Positions 29,952 through 40,010 of a stretch of 64,000 bases of DNA are shown here, in pieces. Origin of the DNA: Roseibacillus sp. (lineage in GTDB: Bacteria; Verrucomicrobiota; Verrucomicrobiia; Verrucomicrobiales; Akkermansiaceae); contig JBPOGI010000001.1 in assembly GCA_051251855.1 (NCBI GenBank), forward strand, positions 1,632,001-1,696,000, in the 5' to 3' direction. Positions within the stretch are counted from its first letter, which is position 1. Each line of letters starts with the position of its first letter. A program made the position numbers and the translations under genes. A model generated the notes under the pieces. It was not told the origin of the DNA, ran no database searches, and worked only from the letters and a program-made list of their open reading frames with translations.

Positions 29952-32081
29952 ATGAAATCAGAATTCATTACCCTCCTAGGGTCAGTGGCTCTTGCTCTCC
30001 CAGCATTCGGCCTCACGACCCACATTGGAGGCACAATCCTAAACGGCGACCTCGAGGCAGCGACTCTCGGTGACTTCGCTGGTAACCACGGCGGCACCAT
30101 CTCTACCGTTCAGAACCACACCACGGGCGGAGCTCAATCGGTGGCAGTCGACCTCACGGCTAACAACGGAGAGGGCCAATGGAAAGCCCTCTGCGACACG
30201 AACAATACTGGTCAATCTCAAATCGATATTGCGATCACTGATGATACTGAAGTGATCAGCCACTCGGTTTGGGTCTATATCCCTGCCGCAACCACCTTCG
30301 GCGGTAACACCGCTTTGAATATTGGGATCGAGGCTTCCAGTAACGGAACCGCTGGCCCTTACCCCAATGTCCCCAGCTCAGGAAGCAACCTCGAACTCAG
30401 CACCGCAGTCCGAAACACTTGGATCAAAGTAGAGAGAACAGACATCCCCATCCCTGCGGGAACGACCAACATACGCACCCGCTCTTACAACATCGCCACC
30501 GTCCAAACCCTCGCCGGCGGAACGATCAATGCATCCAACACCGATTCCTTTGGAGGAACAGGACTTCCCATGGCGGTTCCTGGCGATTGGATTGCTGATG
30601 GTTGGAGTGGAGTGGTCTACCTTGATGACTTCGAACTCACCACCGACACCGCACCTCCACCACCCGACCCCAACATTCTCATCTGTGAAGACGTTAATAA
30701 TGGCGATTTCGAAGCGGCCTCTTTGACTCCTTGGAACCCACGTCAAAGCACCGGTTTCATCGAAACCACTGTTGTTCATACGGGGCTTCAGTCCATGAAG
30801 ATTGACCTACAGCCCGCGAACGGCAACCAATGGAAATCACTGGGCCTCACCGGAGCCAACCAAATTAACGGCCCTGCCGTTGCCGGTGATCGTATCGAAG
30901 GCTCGGCTTGGATCTACATTCCAGCAGCCACTCAATTTGGCCCCAGCGGTTCGGAGGTCGCCAAACTAAACTTTGAAATAAGGAGCGACCGCAATATGCC
31001 AGCAACAGCAGGCAACGGTAATATCTTCGACGGATCTCTGACTGCAGACCTAACGACCTACGCCCGGGACACTTGGGTCAAACACGAGTTTCAAATTGTC
31101 GCAACTGATGGCGACCAAGCAATCACCACCATCAATACCAGCGGATGGAACCTCGAAACAGTGGCAGCTCCTGCTACAGATTACGTTGGAGAGATTTACA
31201 TCGATGACGTCACCCTCAAAAATATCGGTCCCGCTCCCGAAGGCGTCTTGGTCGATGATTCCACTCTGAATGGGGACATGGAAGGATTTGGATTGTCCCC
31301 ATGGACCTTCTCCGGAGCCGCTTCTACCTCCACAGACCAAAACCACACCGTTGGAGGCTCCCAGTCGCTCTCAGTTGACCTGACCGCCAACAATGGAAAC
31401 GCGCAATGGAAAGGAATAAAATCAGGAACCACTGCTCAAGATATCATCGCCCTTGGCCATGACAGAGCTGATATCAGCGCTTGGGTATACATCCCGGCTG
31501 CCACCACTTTTGGAGATACTGCGCGCATCAATCTTGTCGCTTGGGATGGCTCCGGCTTTGGAAATGGGTCCGCCAACCTCGACCTCACCACCGCGCCTCG
31601 TGACCAGTGGGTCGAAATTAGTTCCACCGAAATCGACATCAGTGGCTTCACCACCAACTTCGCCATCAACAACTGGAACCTACAAACCGTGACAATGGTA
31701 GGGGCAGCAGCGGATGTCCCAGCAGACGATCCTACCACCACTCCTCAGGACTGGATCGATGCCGGCTATGAAGGAGTCATCTATTTTGACGACGTCTTCG
31801 TGAGAACTTATTCCACGACCCCTGGGGTCGGCCCGATTTCCATCAATTCCTGCTCCTACGATCCTACAGGTGGAACGTCGGGAACGGGAGCAATGACCAT
31901 CAACTACAACACCTCTTTTGACTTCGGAGTAGATGTTTACTCAACTGTCGATTTCATCACTTGGGATGACGAGAGTTTTGTGGATGGAGCAGGCACTAAC
32001 CTCGATCTGAGTCGTGACTCCGCCGACCCGAAGAGATTCTTTATCCTAGTTGAACCCAATTCCGGGCCTCCAACACCTTAA
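29952..32081 (+). CDS. Secreted protein with three tandem CBM-like beta-sandwich repeats and a C-terminal domain
   Basis: Signal peptide; three repeats NGD(L/F/M)E...QS..xDL...QWK...W(V/I)YIPAAT.FG...R(N/D).W...Y(L/I/F)DD; no catalytic domain recognised. Confidence 0.75.
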   Translation: MKSEFITLLGSVALALPAFGLTTHIGGTILNGDLEAATLGDFAGNHGGTISTVQNHTTGGAQSVAVDLTANNGEGQWKALCDTNNTGQSQIDIAITDDTEVISHSVWVYIPAATTFGGNTALNIGIEASSNGTAGPYPNVPSSGSNLELSTAVRNTWIKVERTDIPIPAGTTNIRTRSYNIATVQTLAGGTINASNTDSFGGTGLPMAVPGDWIADGWSGVVYLDDFELTTDTAPPPPDPNILICEDVNNGDFEAASLTPWNPRQSTGFIETTVVHTGLQSMKIDLQPANGNQWKSLGLTGANQINGPAVAGDRIEGSAWIYIPAATQFGPSGSEVAKLNFEIRSDRNMPATAGNGNIFDGSLTADLTTYARDTWVKHEFQIVATDGDQAITTINTSGWNLETVAAPATDYVGEIYIDDVTLKNIGPAPEGVLVDDSTLNGDMEGFGLSPWTFSGAASTSTDQNHTVGGSQSLSVDLTANNGNAQWKGIKSGTTAQDIIALGHDRADISAWVYIPAATTFGDTARINLVAWDGSGFGNGSANLDLTTAPRDQWVEISSTEIDISGFTTNFAINNWNLQTVTMVGAAADVPADDPTTTPQDWIDAGYEGVIYFDDVFVRTYSTTPGVGPISINSCSYDPTGGTSGTGAMTINYNTSFDFGVDVYSTVDFITWDDESFVDGAGTNLDLSRDSADPKRFFILVEPNSGPPTP

Positions 32082-32112
32082 GAAGCCTATTTAGTTTTCC
32101 TGGCAATCCAAC

Positions 32113-32154
32113 AGAGCTGTCCGACTTTTCGAAGTTGGGCAGCTCTCTTTTTTT
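32113..32154 (+). terminator. Rho-independent terminator
   Basis: AGAGCTGTCCGACTT-TTCG-AAGTTGGGCAGCTCT followed by a T-tract. Confidence 0.85.
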
Positions 32155-32169
32155 GGTTCCTAATCGCGC

Positions 32170-34191
32170 CTACCAGCCTCCGCCACCCACGCGCCACTCC
32201 TCCATCATCTCCGACGGACAATCATCAAGGAATCGTGAAGGCCTTTGAATGATATCACCGGTATAACTGCGCGGATTCATCTGTGGATAGGTGAGATAAA
32301 GCTCATCCTTGGCTCGCGTAATCGCCACATAAAAAAGCCGCCTCTCCTCTTCCATCATGGCCTCATCATTCGCTTCAATAATACGGCCATTCGGGAACAT
32401 GCCATCCGTCAACCAAATCACAAAGACGACCTTATATTCGAGCCCCTTGGCTTGGTGAATCGAAGACAGAGTCACCTGCTCGGGATCGATTTCCTCTTTC
32501 TTACCTGTTGGCTCACCGTCGACCGATCCCATCAGAGACAGCTGCGCCAAAAACTCCTCGATATCATCAAAGGTCTCGGCATAGCTCATCAACTGCTCTA
32601 CATCCGCGCGCCGATTGTCGTAGTTCTCAAAGTTCGCCTGCAACACCTCGTCGTAGATGCCCTCCAGAATCGAATAAATCATCTCCGAAGGCCGTGCGAA
32701 CTCACCGTTGGGCACCAGTTCGTCGAGAACGTAGCACAGGTCTTCCCAATGCTGTTTAGCCTTCTTGGGAACAGTAAACTCCAACATTTGCTCAGAGAAC
32801 TTTTCAGGAGGCTTCTCTTCGCTCCCCCATCCCGTCTTACGCCAGGCAGCCCAAAGCTTTACCGCCCCCTTCGCCCCAATACCCGGCAACATCAGAGCCA
32901 TTCGTTTGAAACTCACCTCATCCTTCCGGTTCACCACCAGACGAATAAACGCGGCCACATCCTTAATGTGCGCCTGCTCAAAGAACCGCAATCCACTCGT
33001 GACTTGAAACGGAATCCCCCGATTCGTCATCTCCATCTGAATCTCCAGACTTTGATGATGCGCCCGATAGAGCACCGCCATCTCCTCCAGCTCCACACCC
33101 TCATCTCTCAGCTCAAGAATCCGCTGAGTGACAAATTGAGATTGCGCCGTTGGATCCTCTAACGGCACCAAAGCCGGCGGTGCCGAGCCTGCTTCCCTCG
33201 ATGATCGCAACGTCTTATGAAACTGTCGCGTATTCGCCCGAATAGCACTGTTAGAAAGATCTAAAATCTCAGGAACACTCCGATAATTAGTCTCAATTTT
33301 AAAAACCTTGGCGTCCTTAAAGCGGTCTGGAAACCCAAGAATATTGTCCATATCCGCCCCCCGCCAAGAGTAGATCGACTGTGCATCATCCCCCACCACC
33401 ATGATGCTCTGATGCTTGCCCACTAATAATTCTACCAACGCACTCTGAACGTAGTTCGTATCCTGAAACTCATCTACCAGCACATACCGAAACCGTTTTT
33501 GATAAAGCTCTCGAAGCTCTTCATTCTTTTGCAGAAGCTCCAGCGTTAGAATCAACAAATCATCGAAGTCCATTGAATTCACATCGTGCTTCTTCCGTGC
33601 GTAGGCATCCTCTACCTGCGCAATCTCCTCCGCCCACTCTTCAAAGTAAGGATAGCGCACCTCAATCACCTCCTCCAAAGTCTCCCCTGTATTACGCATC
33701 ATCGAGAACATACTCGCCAGCACATCCGCCTTCGGAAAACGCCGCGTCTTTGTATCGATATCGAGTTCACCCACCACCGTGTTCATGAGCGCCTTTTGGT
33801 CATCACGATCTAGAATCGAGAACGAACGTGTATATCCAATCTCATCTGCATGACGACGTAGAATTCGATTTCCGATCGAGTGAAACGTCCCCCCCCACAG
33901 CGTCGACAAGTCCTGTGGCACCAACTGCTTTACCCGCTCCAGCATCTCTTTCGACGCCTTGTTGGTGAAAGTCAGCAAGAGAATATCCTTGGGATTCACC
34001 CCTTGGTCTAACAAATACGCAACTCGGTAAGTGAGTGTCCGGGTCTTCCCTGAACCAGCGCCCGCAATGACCAGTGCCGCCCCCGGAGGAGAAGTCACCG
34101 CAGCATACTGCTCGTCATTGAGCGCCGCCTTGTAGTCAATACCCGAAGTACCCTTCCGCTCCGGCTGCTGCAATTGATAGTCACGCGCCAT
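32170..34191 (-). CDS. UvrD/PcrA-family SF1 DNA helicase
   Basis: AGAGSGKT, LTFTNKA, VDEFQDTN, VGDDAQSIYSWRGA, NYRS, SIHQAKGLE, EERRLFYVAITRA. Confidence 0.94.
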   Translation of the reverse strand: MARDYQLQQPERKGTSGIDYKAALNDEQYAAVTSPPGAALVIAGAGSGKTRTLTYRVAYLLDQGVNPKDILLLTFTNKASKEMLERVKQLVPQDLSTLWGGTFHSIGNRILRRHADEIGYTRSFSILDRDDQKALMNTVVGELDIDTKTRRFPKADVLASMFSMMRNTGETLEEVIEVRYPYFEEWAEEIAQVEDAYARKKHDVNSMDFDDLLILTLELLQKNEELRELYQKRFRYVLVDEFQDTNYVQSALVELLVGKHQSIMVVGDDAQSIYSWRGADMDNILGFPDRFKDAKVFKIETNYRSVPEILDLSNSAIRANTRQFHKTLRSSREAGSAPPALVPLEDPTAQSQFVTQRILELRDEGVELEEMAVLYRAHHQSLEIQMEMTNRGIPFQVTSGLRFFEQAHIKDVAAFIRLVVNRKDEVSFKRMALMLPGIGAKGAVKLWAAWRKTGWGSEEKPPEKFSEQMLEFTVPKKAKQHWEDLCYVLDELVPNGEFARPSEMIYSILEGIYDEVLQANFENYDNRRADVEQLMSYAETFDDIEEFLAQLSLMGSVDGEPTGKKEEIDPEQVTLSSIHQAKGLEYKVVFVIWLTDGMFPNGRIIEANDEAMMEEERRLFYVAITRAKDELYLTYPQMNPRSYTGDIIQRPSRFLDDCPSEMMEEWRVGGGGW

Positions 34192-35918
34192 TACTCCGCT
34201 TTCTCAGCCTCGTCCAAGGTTGCCCCTTCATCGACCCGCTTCGCAAAACGCTGAAACTCGGCCAGCTCTTTCTTCACGATAGGGAGTAAGAAATAGAGAC
34301 CAATCAAGTTCGGTAACACCATCGCAAAATACATCGCATCCGACAGCTTAAGAACATTCTGCAAAGAAGCTCCCGCCCCAAGAACAACGCAAAGACAGAA
34401 AACCACCTTATAAATTAGAACCGCCGTCTTGTTGTTTCCTGTCAGATAGTCAATCGCCTGTTCACCATAGTAAGACCACGAAATCATGGTTGAGAACGCG
34501 AAGAGCACCACCGCAACTGTCAGCACATACGGGAACCAGGAAATCACCGAACCAAATGAACGCGAAGTCAGCCAAATCCCTCCTGACCAGCCCGTCCGGT
34601 CCACAAGGGAATCCAAAGCCATAAAGCCAGCGGCATCTCCTTCCGGAGTCTTCACCTGAACCCACTCACCTCCAGCCTCGGTAACCTCTCCGATACTACT
34701 CTCCGTAACCTTAACGAGATCACTCGCCGCCAGCGTCTTCACGACCTCGGACTGAGCGTCCTTCTGTAAATAAATATCAGCTTCGCCCGCCAAACTCGCA
34801 TCGGCCTTCCAAACACCGGTCACCACAATCACCAACGCGGTCATTAGGCAAATCACCACCGTATCAATGAAGGGCTCTAACAGTGCTACGACCCCCTCAC
34901 TGGCCGGCTTGCGGGTCTTGACCGGAGCGTGCGCAATGGCAGCAGAACCCAGGCCCGCTTCGTTCGAGAACACACCACGCTTAATTCCCTGAATGAGTCC
35001 TCCAATAAAACCTCCTAACCCAGCCTCCGCAGAGAAGGCCTCACTGACAATCACTCCCAGTGCTGCAGGCACTTCACCAATGTAACCAAAAAGAACAACA
35101 AGACAGGCAATCACATAAATGATGGTCATAAACGGCACCAGAAAGGCCGTCACCCGAGCAATGGAAACAATCCCTCCCAAAATCACCGCTCCCACCGCAA
35201 TCGCCACAATCACTCCCAGCTTCCATTCCGCGCCTCCAAAGATGCCAAAAGTCTCCGTCACTTGCTGAGCCGATTGGTTCATCTGGAACATATTACCTGC
35301 TCCCAAAGCACCTCCCACACAGGCAATCGCAAAGAAGATGGCGAGCACCTTACCGAAACCGCCCAAACCTCGCTCGGCCAAACCATCCTGCAAATAGCGC
35401 ATCCCTCCGCCGTGGACGTTCCCCTCGCTGTCAATTTTTCGATAGCGGACTCCCAAGGTACACTCAGTAAACTTCGAGCTCATTCCCAAGAACCCCATCA
35501 CCACCATCCAAAAGACCGCACCCGGTCCACCGATGCCAATCGCCACCGCGACCCCTGCTATATTTCCCAGCCCAACCGTTGCGGACAAAGCCGTCGCCAA
35601 AGCTTGAAAGTGCGTAATCTGCCCAGGATCATCTTTTTTGGAATACTTTCCTTTCACTGTTCGAATCGCTAAACCAAAGGCCCGCAAGTTGATGAACTTG
35701 AAATAAAGCGTCAGGAAAATCGCGGTGAAGGCTAACAGGATTAAAACCACTGGTGCCGACTGCCCTCCACCGACCGGAATCGAAAAGAAGACCACCTTGT
35801 CCGCGAAATCTGCCACCGGAGCCAACAGTCCATCCATTTTCGCACTGACTCCTTCCGCACAAGCTGAAGCAGCAGAAAGCAGCATCACAAAAAACCCGAG
35901 TAAACCCTTCTTAAACAT
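34191..35918 (-). CDS. Alanine/glycine:cation symporter (AGCS) with inserted SH3b-like domain
   Basis: ALSATVGLGNIAGVA, GGPGAVFWM, RGVFSNEAGLGSA, EPFIDTVVIC, FAFSTMISWSYYG; about 65-aa soluble insert. Confidence 0.9.
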   Translation of the reverse strand: MFKKGLLGFFVMLLSAASACAEGVSAKMDGLLAPVADFADKVVFFSIPVGGGQSAPVVLILLAFTAIFLTLYFKFINLRAFGLAIRTVKGKYSKKDDPGQITHFQALATALSATVGLGNIAGVAVAIGIGGPGAVFWMVVMGFLGMSSKFTECTLGVRYRKIDSEGNVHGGGMRYLQDGLAERGLGGFGKVLAIFFAIACVGGALGAGNMFQMNQSAQQVTETFGIFGGAEWKLGVIVAIAVGAVILGGIVSIARVTAFLVPFMTIIYVIACLVVLFGYIGEVPAALGVIVSEAFSAEAGLGGFIGGLIQGIKRGVFSNEAGLGSAAIAHAPVKTRKPASEGVVALLEPFIDTVVICLMTALVIVVTGVWKADASLAGEADIYLQKDAQSEVVKTLAASDLVKVTESSIGEVTEAGGEWVQVKTPEGDAAGFMALDSLVDRTGWSGGIWLTSRSFGSVISWFPYVLTVAVVLFAFSTMISWSYYGEQAIDYLTGNNKTAVLIYKVVFCLCVVLGAGASLQNVLKLSDAMYFAMVLPNLIGLYFLLPIVKKELAEFQRFAKRVDEGATLDEAEKAE

Positions 35919-36057
35919 GCCAAAAGGCTGTCTCGCTCCAGCCCCCGCCACAAGTCGGAAAAACGCCATCTCTCTCACCCCAGACCACGATCCTCAGCGA
36001 ACTTCATCCCTCACGTCCACAGTTGCCTTTCCCGACATCCGAGCCATCATCTCCTAC

Positions 36058-36405
36058 ATGACCGTTCTCAAGACCAAATACGCTCTCTGGGCCGCTGACT
36101 GGCAGCGCGCCGTCGCCTTTTATCGTGACCTCTTCGGCGGCACTGTGACTATGGAATCCGAAGTCTGGTCCGAAGTCCACGTCGCCAACGGCATCATCGG
36201 CATCCACGGCGGAGGCGAAGGCAAACGAACTTGGACGGGGCTCTCTTTCCAAGTCGAAGATCTTCGCTCGGCCATCGAGGAACTAAAAGCCCATGGTGGC
36301 AGCCTCACTCGCGAGCCCCACGACACCCCTGAAGATCCTCTTCACCTCGCGATGTGTATCGACCCCGACGGCAACGAGTTCATGATGACCCAGCCCCGCC
36401 ACTAG
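36058..36405 (+). CDS. VOC/glyoxalase-family protein
   Basis: ADWQRAVAFYRDLFG, LSFQVEDL, IDPDGNEF. Confidence 0.85.
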   Translation: MTVLKTKYALWAADWQRAVAFYRDLFGGTVTMESEVWSEVHVANGIIGIHGGGEGKRTWTGLSFQVEDLRSAIEELKAHGGSLTREPHDTPEDPLHLAMCIDPDGNEFMMTQPRH

Positions 36406-36412
36406 GGATCGC

Positions 36413-37003
36413 CTAAAGAGACCCCGCGATCACCCCCGCTAGCTTATCCACCAGGCGACTTTGCGAAGCGGCCAACTCCTCGAAACCATCGACCCGTAGA
36501 TCGTCACGCACGGTCGTATTCTGATTCTTGACGAGTACGCCTTCCGGCAAACGGTAGGCACGCCAATTGGCCTCCAAAACCGTCTCTCCGTCGGGCGTCC
36601 CTTGAAAGCGCACTACATCCACCGTCACTTGATAGCTTAACTCGCTCTCCCGCTGCCAAGGATACACCTTCACATTACCAGTTCCGAGACGCCGTCCCAA
36701 ATTGGTGGCCAGAACACGACTGAAATTATCCTCTAAATCCCCCGCCCACAGGTGGTCCTCCGAAAATTCCAGCCGGTTAGCCGTGCTTTGAAAGAGGAGG
36801 TTTGGCCTCTCGGTGAGAAATGGAGCCAAGTCTACTGGTCCAACTCCGACTCCCATCCCACTGCGCGTCGGCGCAGAACCTGCAGCCGACAAAACATAGT
36901 AGCCGCGACTCGGCCCTTTCTTGAAGAAGGAGCACGAGGACAACGCCAAAATACCGACCAGTAGAAAGCAACGGGATACCAAGAAGTTTTGAAAATGCAT
37001 CAT
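36413..37003 (-). CDS. pqiC: PqiC-like outer-membrane lipoprotein
   Basis: Lipobox LSSC, YYVL, GVGPV, HLWAGDL, VDVVRF; downstream of pqiB. Confidence 0.85.
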   Translation of the reverse strand: MMHFQNFLVSRCFLLVGILALSSCSFFKKGPSRGYYVLSAAGSAPTRSGMGVGVGPVDLAPFLTERPNLLFQSTANRLEFSEDHLWAGDLEDNFSRVLATNLGRRLGTGNVKVYPWQRESELSYQVTVDVVRFQGTPDGETVLEANWRAYRLPEGVLVKNQNTTVRDDLRVDGFEELAASQSRLVDKLAGVIAGSL

Positions 37004-38715
37004 CGTTTTGCGCGGGGAATCTTATCGGAAGAGCCTGGCTTTCCGAACAAAAGTGAATTCGGCTTATCGCTAATCGTGTCTGTGAGGCGCTCAATGGAGC
37101 GTGTCGCCGAGCGTAGCTCATCCATTGTTCGCCGCAAGTCACCATAAACCGCGCCATCGTTGGAAAGCGGTTTCAAAGTATTATTAATCTGGGCCAAAGT
37201 CTCTCGCACGTCATCTGGGATCGACCGCGTCGATTCCGATTTTAAAATCTCATTCAGTGACGCCAAACTTGCCTTCATCTCCGCGAGAGTCGCTTGCGAC
37301 TCAACCAGCACCGGCCCCGTGCTCTCCAACTTTTCGTTCATAACGTGCAAAGTGTTTTGAGCCGCGAGCGTCGTTGCCTCTAACTGATTCACTAAGCTTT
37401 CAATAGGCACCTCATTAATCTTCTCGACCACCGCAGTCACGCGCTCCTCAAGTTGCCCCAAACCTGTCTCTACCGTCGGCAAAACCAAGTAGCTATCCAT
37501 CACCACCAGAGTCTCCTCACCCTCTTCGGGATAATAGTCCATGTCCACGTAACGCTGACCAGTCAGTAGGTTGCTCGACTTCAAACTCGCTCTCAGACCT
37601 TTACCCAAAGCCAACTCAATGCCTCCCCCGCCTTCATCCAAAAGCTCAGGCGGAAAGTGCTTCTGCAAGAGACGCCGATTCAACTGAATCAACACCGGAG
37701 TCTGCTCATCGTCTCCGTTTCTTACCAATCCGTAGGAAATCTCACTCACTCGTCCCACCTTCAATCCGCGAAACTCAACAGATGCCCCCACAGTCAACCC
37801 CTTCACAGATTGCTCAAACAGAAGAAGAAATTCACCCTCAGACTCGAAGCTATTCGCTTCAGCCTCTGCTAAACTTTGATAAAGGCGATAGACGTAACCA
37901 TCCGTGATCTCTTCACCTGCCACTTCACCTTCCATCAGGCCAAATGCCACTTGCCCTTTGAGGAGAGAATCTAGCGAAGGCAACTCGATATCAACGCCCT
38001 CAGCTCCCACCCGGACTTTCAAACCACTCGACCCCCAGAAGAACGTATTCGTCGTCACCAAATCTCGATACTCCTCCTGAACAAAGACGCCAAGAGTCAC
38101 CTCTTCCCGATCAGGATCAAAGAATCGACTCTCAATTTTGCCTACCAAGTTATTTTTAAAGTAGACACCACTCCCGACATCGACCACCCCCGGATTTTCC
38201 GTAACCAACTCCAGACGGAGTCCCGGAACAGAGTTAGGAGTTGGAGGCGGATTCTCCAGGCCTACAAAATCTCTCTTACCTTGTTCGCCTGTCCCCGGAT
38301 CCAACTCGATATAGGCTCCACTAAAAACGGTCCCTAGACCAGAGACGCTCCCTCCACTAATCCGCGCTTTAACGACCCAGAACTGAGAATCCTCGCGGAG
38401 AAGATGGAGATGCTTCGGCTTAATACGAAGATCGAGCTCGACCTCCAAATCATCGGTCAAAGTAATATTCTCGAGTTCCCCGACTTTTACCGCACGACAC
38501 CGCACTTCGGTCTTCCCCACCGAGAGTCCTTCTGCGCTCGGCAAGCCGACCCTCACTACTTCTCCAAAATCATCGAAGTGCCTCTTCACCAGCCACAGGC
38601 CGAGAATCGCGGCAATCAGGGGCAGCAACCAGAACCAGCTCAGCCGGCGGGCAGGCTTAACTTCTGGCTCATCAGGCTCGTGAGATTGACTCTCTCTTTG
38701 TTTCGGTTTTGCCAT
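37000..38715 (-). CDS. pqiB: PqiB-like MCE (MlaD) transporter, three MCE domains plus helical C-terminus
   Basis: WFWLLPLIA, AEGLSVGKT, QFWVVK, SGLGTVFSGAYIEL, SVKGLTVGASVEFRG, NLLTGQRYV, PNSLLFG. Confidence 0.9.
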   Translation of the reverse strand: MAKPKQRESQSHEPDEPEVKPARRLSWFWLLPLIAAILGLWLVKRHFDDFGEVVRVGLPSAEGLSVGKTEVRCRAVKVGELENITLTDDLEVELDLRIKPKHLHLLREDSQFWVVKARISGGSVSGLGTVFSGAYIELDPGTGEQGKRDFVGLENPPPTPNSVPGLRLELVTENPGVVDVGSGVYFKNNLVGKIESRFFDPDREEVTLGVFVQEEYRDLVTTNTFFWGSSGLKVRVGAEGVDIELPSLDSLLKGQVAFGLMEGEVAGEEITDGYVYRLYQSLAEAEANSFESEGEFLLLFEQSVKGLTVGASVEFRGLKVGRVSEISYGLVRNGDDEQTPVLIQLNRRLLQKHFPPELLDEGGGGIELALGKGLRASLKSSNLLTGQRYVDMDYYPEEGEETLVVMDSYLVLPTVETGLGQLEERVTAVVEKINEVPIESLVNQLEATTLAAQNTLHVMNEKLESTGPVLVESQATLAEMKASLASLNEILKSESTRSIPDDVRETLAQINNTLKPLSNDGAVYGDLRRTMDELRSATRSIERLTDTISDKPNSLLFGKPGSSDKIPRAKR

Positions 38716-38718
38716 GGT

Positions 38719-39348
38719 TTATCCCTCTCTCTCATCAGCTCGTAGACGGTCCCAAATCAACTTCGGTTCAAAAGCATGCGCTGCAAACATTGTCAAAATA
38801 ACCATTAACCCAAAAGCGACCGCTGCTGGGCCTGCTGCAATGCTCATGAGACCAGTAAACTTCACCAGCCCCACCAGAATTGCGACCACAAAAACATCCA
38901 CCATCGACCATCGACCGACCAATTCTGTCAGCCAATAGATTCGGTTGGCTCGGTGCGGATCAATTGGCACCATTCCAGCCGCCGCAGCACAGAGAACTCC
39001 CAGCGCCATCAACTTCAACCCTGGGATTAAGACGCTCGCCACAAAAATAGTAATGGCGACCGGATAAGCGTGCATCTCCCAGAACGTCGCCACTCCAGAG
39101 AGAATCGTTGAGGGCTCCTCAGCACCAAATTGAGTCACCACCATGATAGGAAGAATATTGGCAGGGATATAGGCAATTAGGGAGGCAGTCAGCAAAGCCA
39201 AACACCTCTGCAAGCTATCCTGCTTCCGAGCATGAACAGCGGACCCACACCTCTCACAACGGTGAAGCTCAGCCCGCTGCACCCGGCTGCATGTATGACA
39301 AGAGGCCAAGTTTTCTTCTAAGGCGGTTGGGGCAGTAAGCTCATTCAC
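38719..39348 (-). CDS. pqiA: PqiA-like membrane protein (second half)
   Basis: CHTC...CERC zinc motif, YIPANILPIM, GRWSMVDVFVV. Confidence 0.9.
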   Translation of the reverse strand: MNELTAPTALEENLASCHTCSRVQRAELHRCERCGSAVHARKQDSLQRCLALLTASLIAYIPANILPIMVVTQFGAEEPSTILSGVATFWEMHAYPVAITIFVASVLIPGLKLMALGVLCAAAAGMVPIDPHRANRIYWLTELVGRWSMVDVFVVAILVGLVKFTGLMSIAAGPAAVAFGLMVILTMFAAHAFEPKLIWDRLRADEREG

Positions 39349-40010
39349 GCGTCCACCTCCTTTTCACGCTCACGAGCAGCTTCAATCCGGTCCCAGAATT
39401 CCACTTTGTCGATGCTACTCAAAGCGCCAGCAATCATGACAACTAAGAGTGCAAACGCCCAAAACCCTTGCCCGAGACTCACCTCTGCCAATTTCACCAG
39501 CTTCAGCAAGCTCACAATCGCACCCAGAAAGAAGACCTCCACCATCACCCAAGTTTGCAAATGACTGACCGCACGAAAGGCCACCACAGCCCCCGTCAAG
39601 CAACGCCCAAAAATGAGTGGAAAGGTCACATAAAGGAGACACGAAACCAACATTACAGGTAACACTACGATGAAGGCCGCCGTAGCTACAGCAATCGCAA
39701 TATCTCCTTGCGCCCACAGGCTCCCAGCCGCTCCCCAGACAGTCATCGAACTCTTAAGCCCATTATTATCAAGGCTTAGAAAAGGAAACAAAACCACCAA
39801 CACCATCAGGAAAAGCGCTGAAAGGGAAAACGAAACCGTGCGCTGGAGACTATAAGGCCGATTCTCGTAAAGCTCTGCACCACAGGTGTTGCAATGAGCA
39901 GACTCCCCCTCTCGCAATGCGACCACCTTCTGCAGGGTATCACAGTAGTCACATGCAGCATACTTTGACGCCCTTTTGGCCCGAGGCCAACCTTTACTCC
40001 TCTCTGCCAT
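39345..40010 (-). CDS. pqiA: PqiA-like membrane protein (first half)
   Basis: ACDYCD...CNTCG, FPFL, WVMVEVFFLGAIVSLLKL; ATGA overlap with the next gene. Confidence 0.88.
   Translation of the reverse strand: MAERSKGWPRAKRASKYAACDYCDTLQKVVALREGESAHCNTCGAELYENRPYSLQRTVSFSLSALFLMVLVVLFPFLSLDNNGLKSSMTVWGAAGSLWAQGDIAIAVATAAFIVVLPVMLVSCLLYVTFPLIFGRCLTGAVVAFRAVSHLQTWVMVEVFFLGAIVSLLKLVKLAEVSLGQGFWAFALLVVMIAGALSSIDKVEFWDRIEAAREREKEVDA

Noticed and set aside
38719..40010. Split pqiA as a pseudogene
   Set aside because: Two-gene PqiA is a common natural arrangement; both halves have their own Cys motif and are ATGA-coupled.
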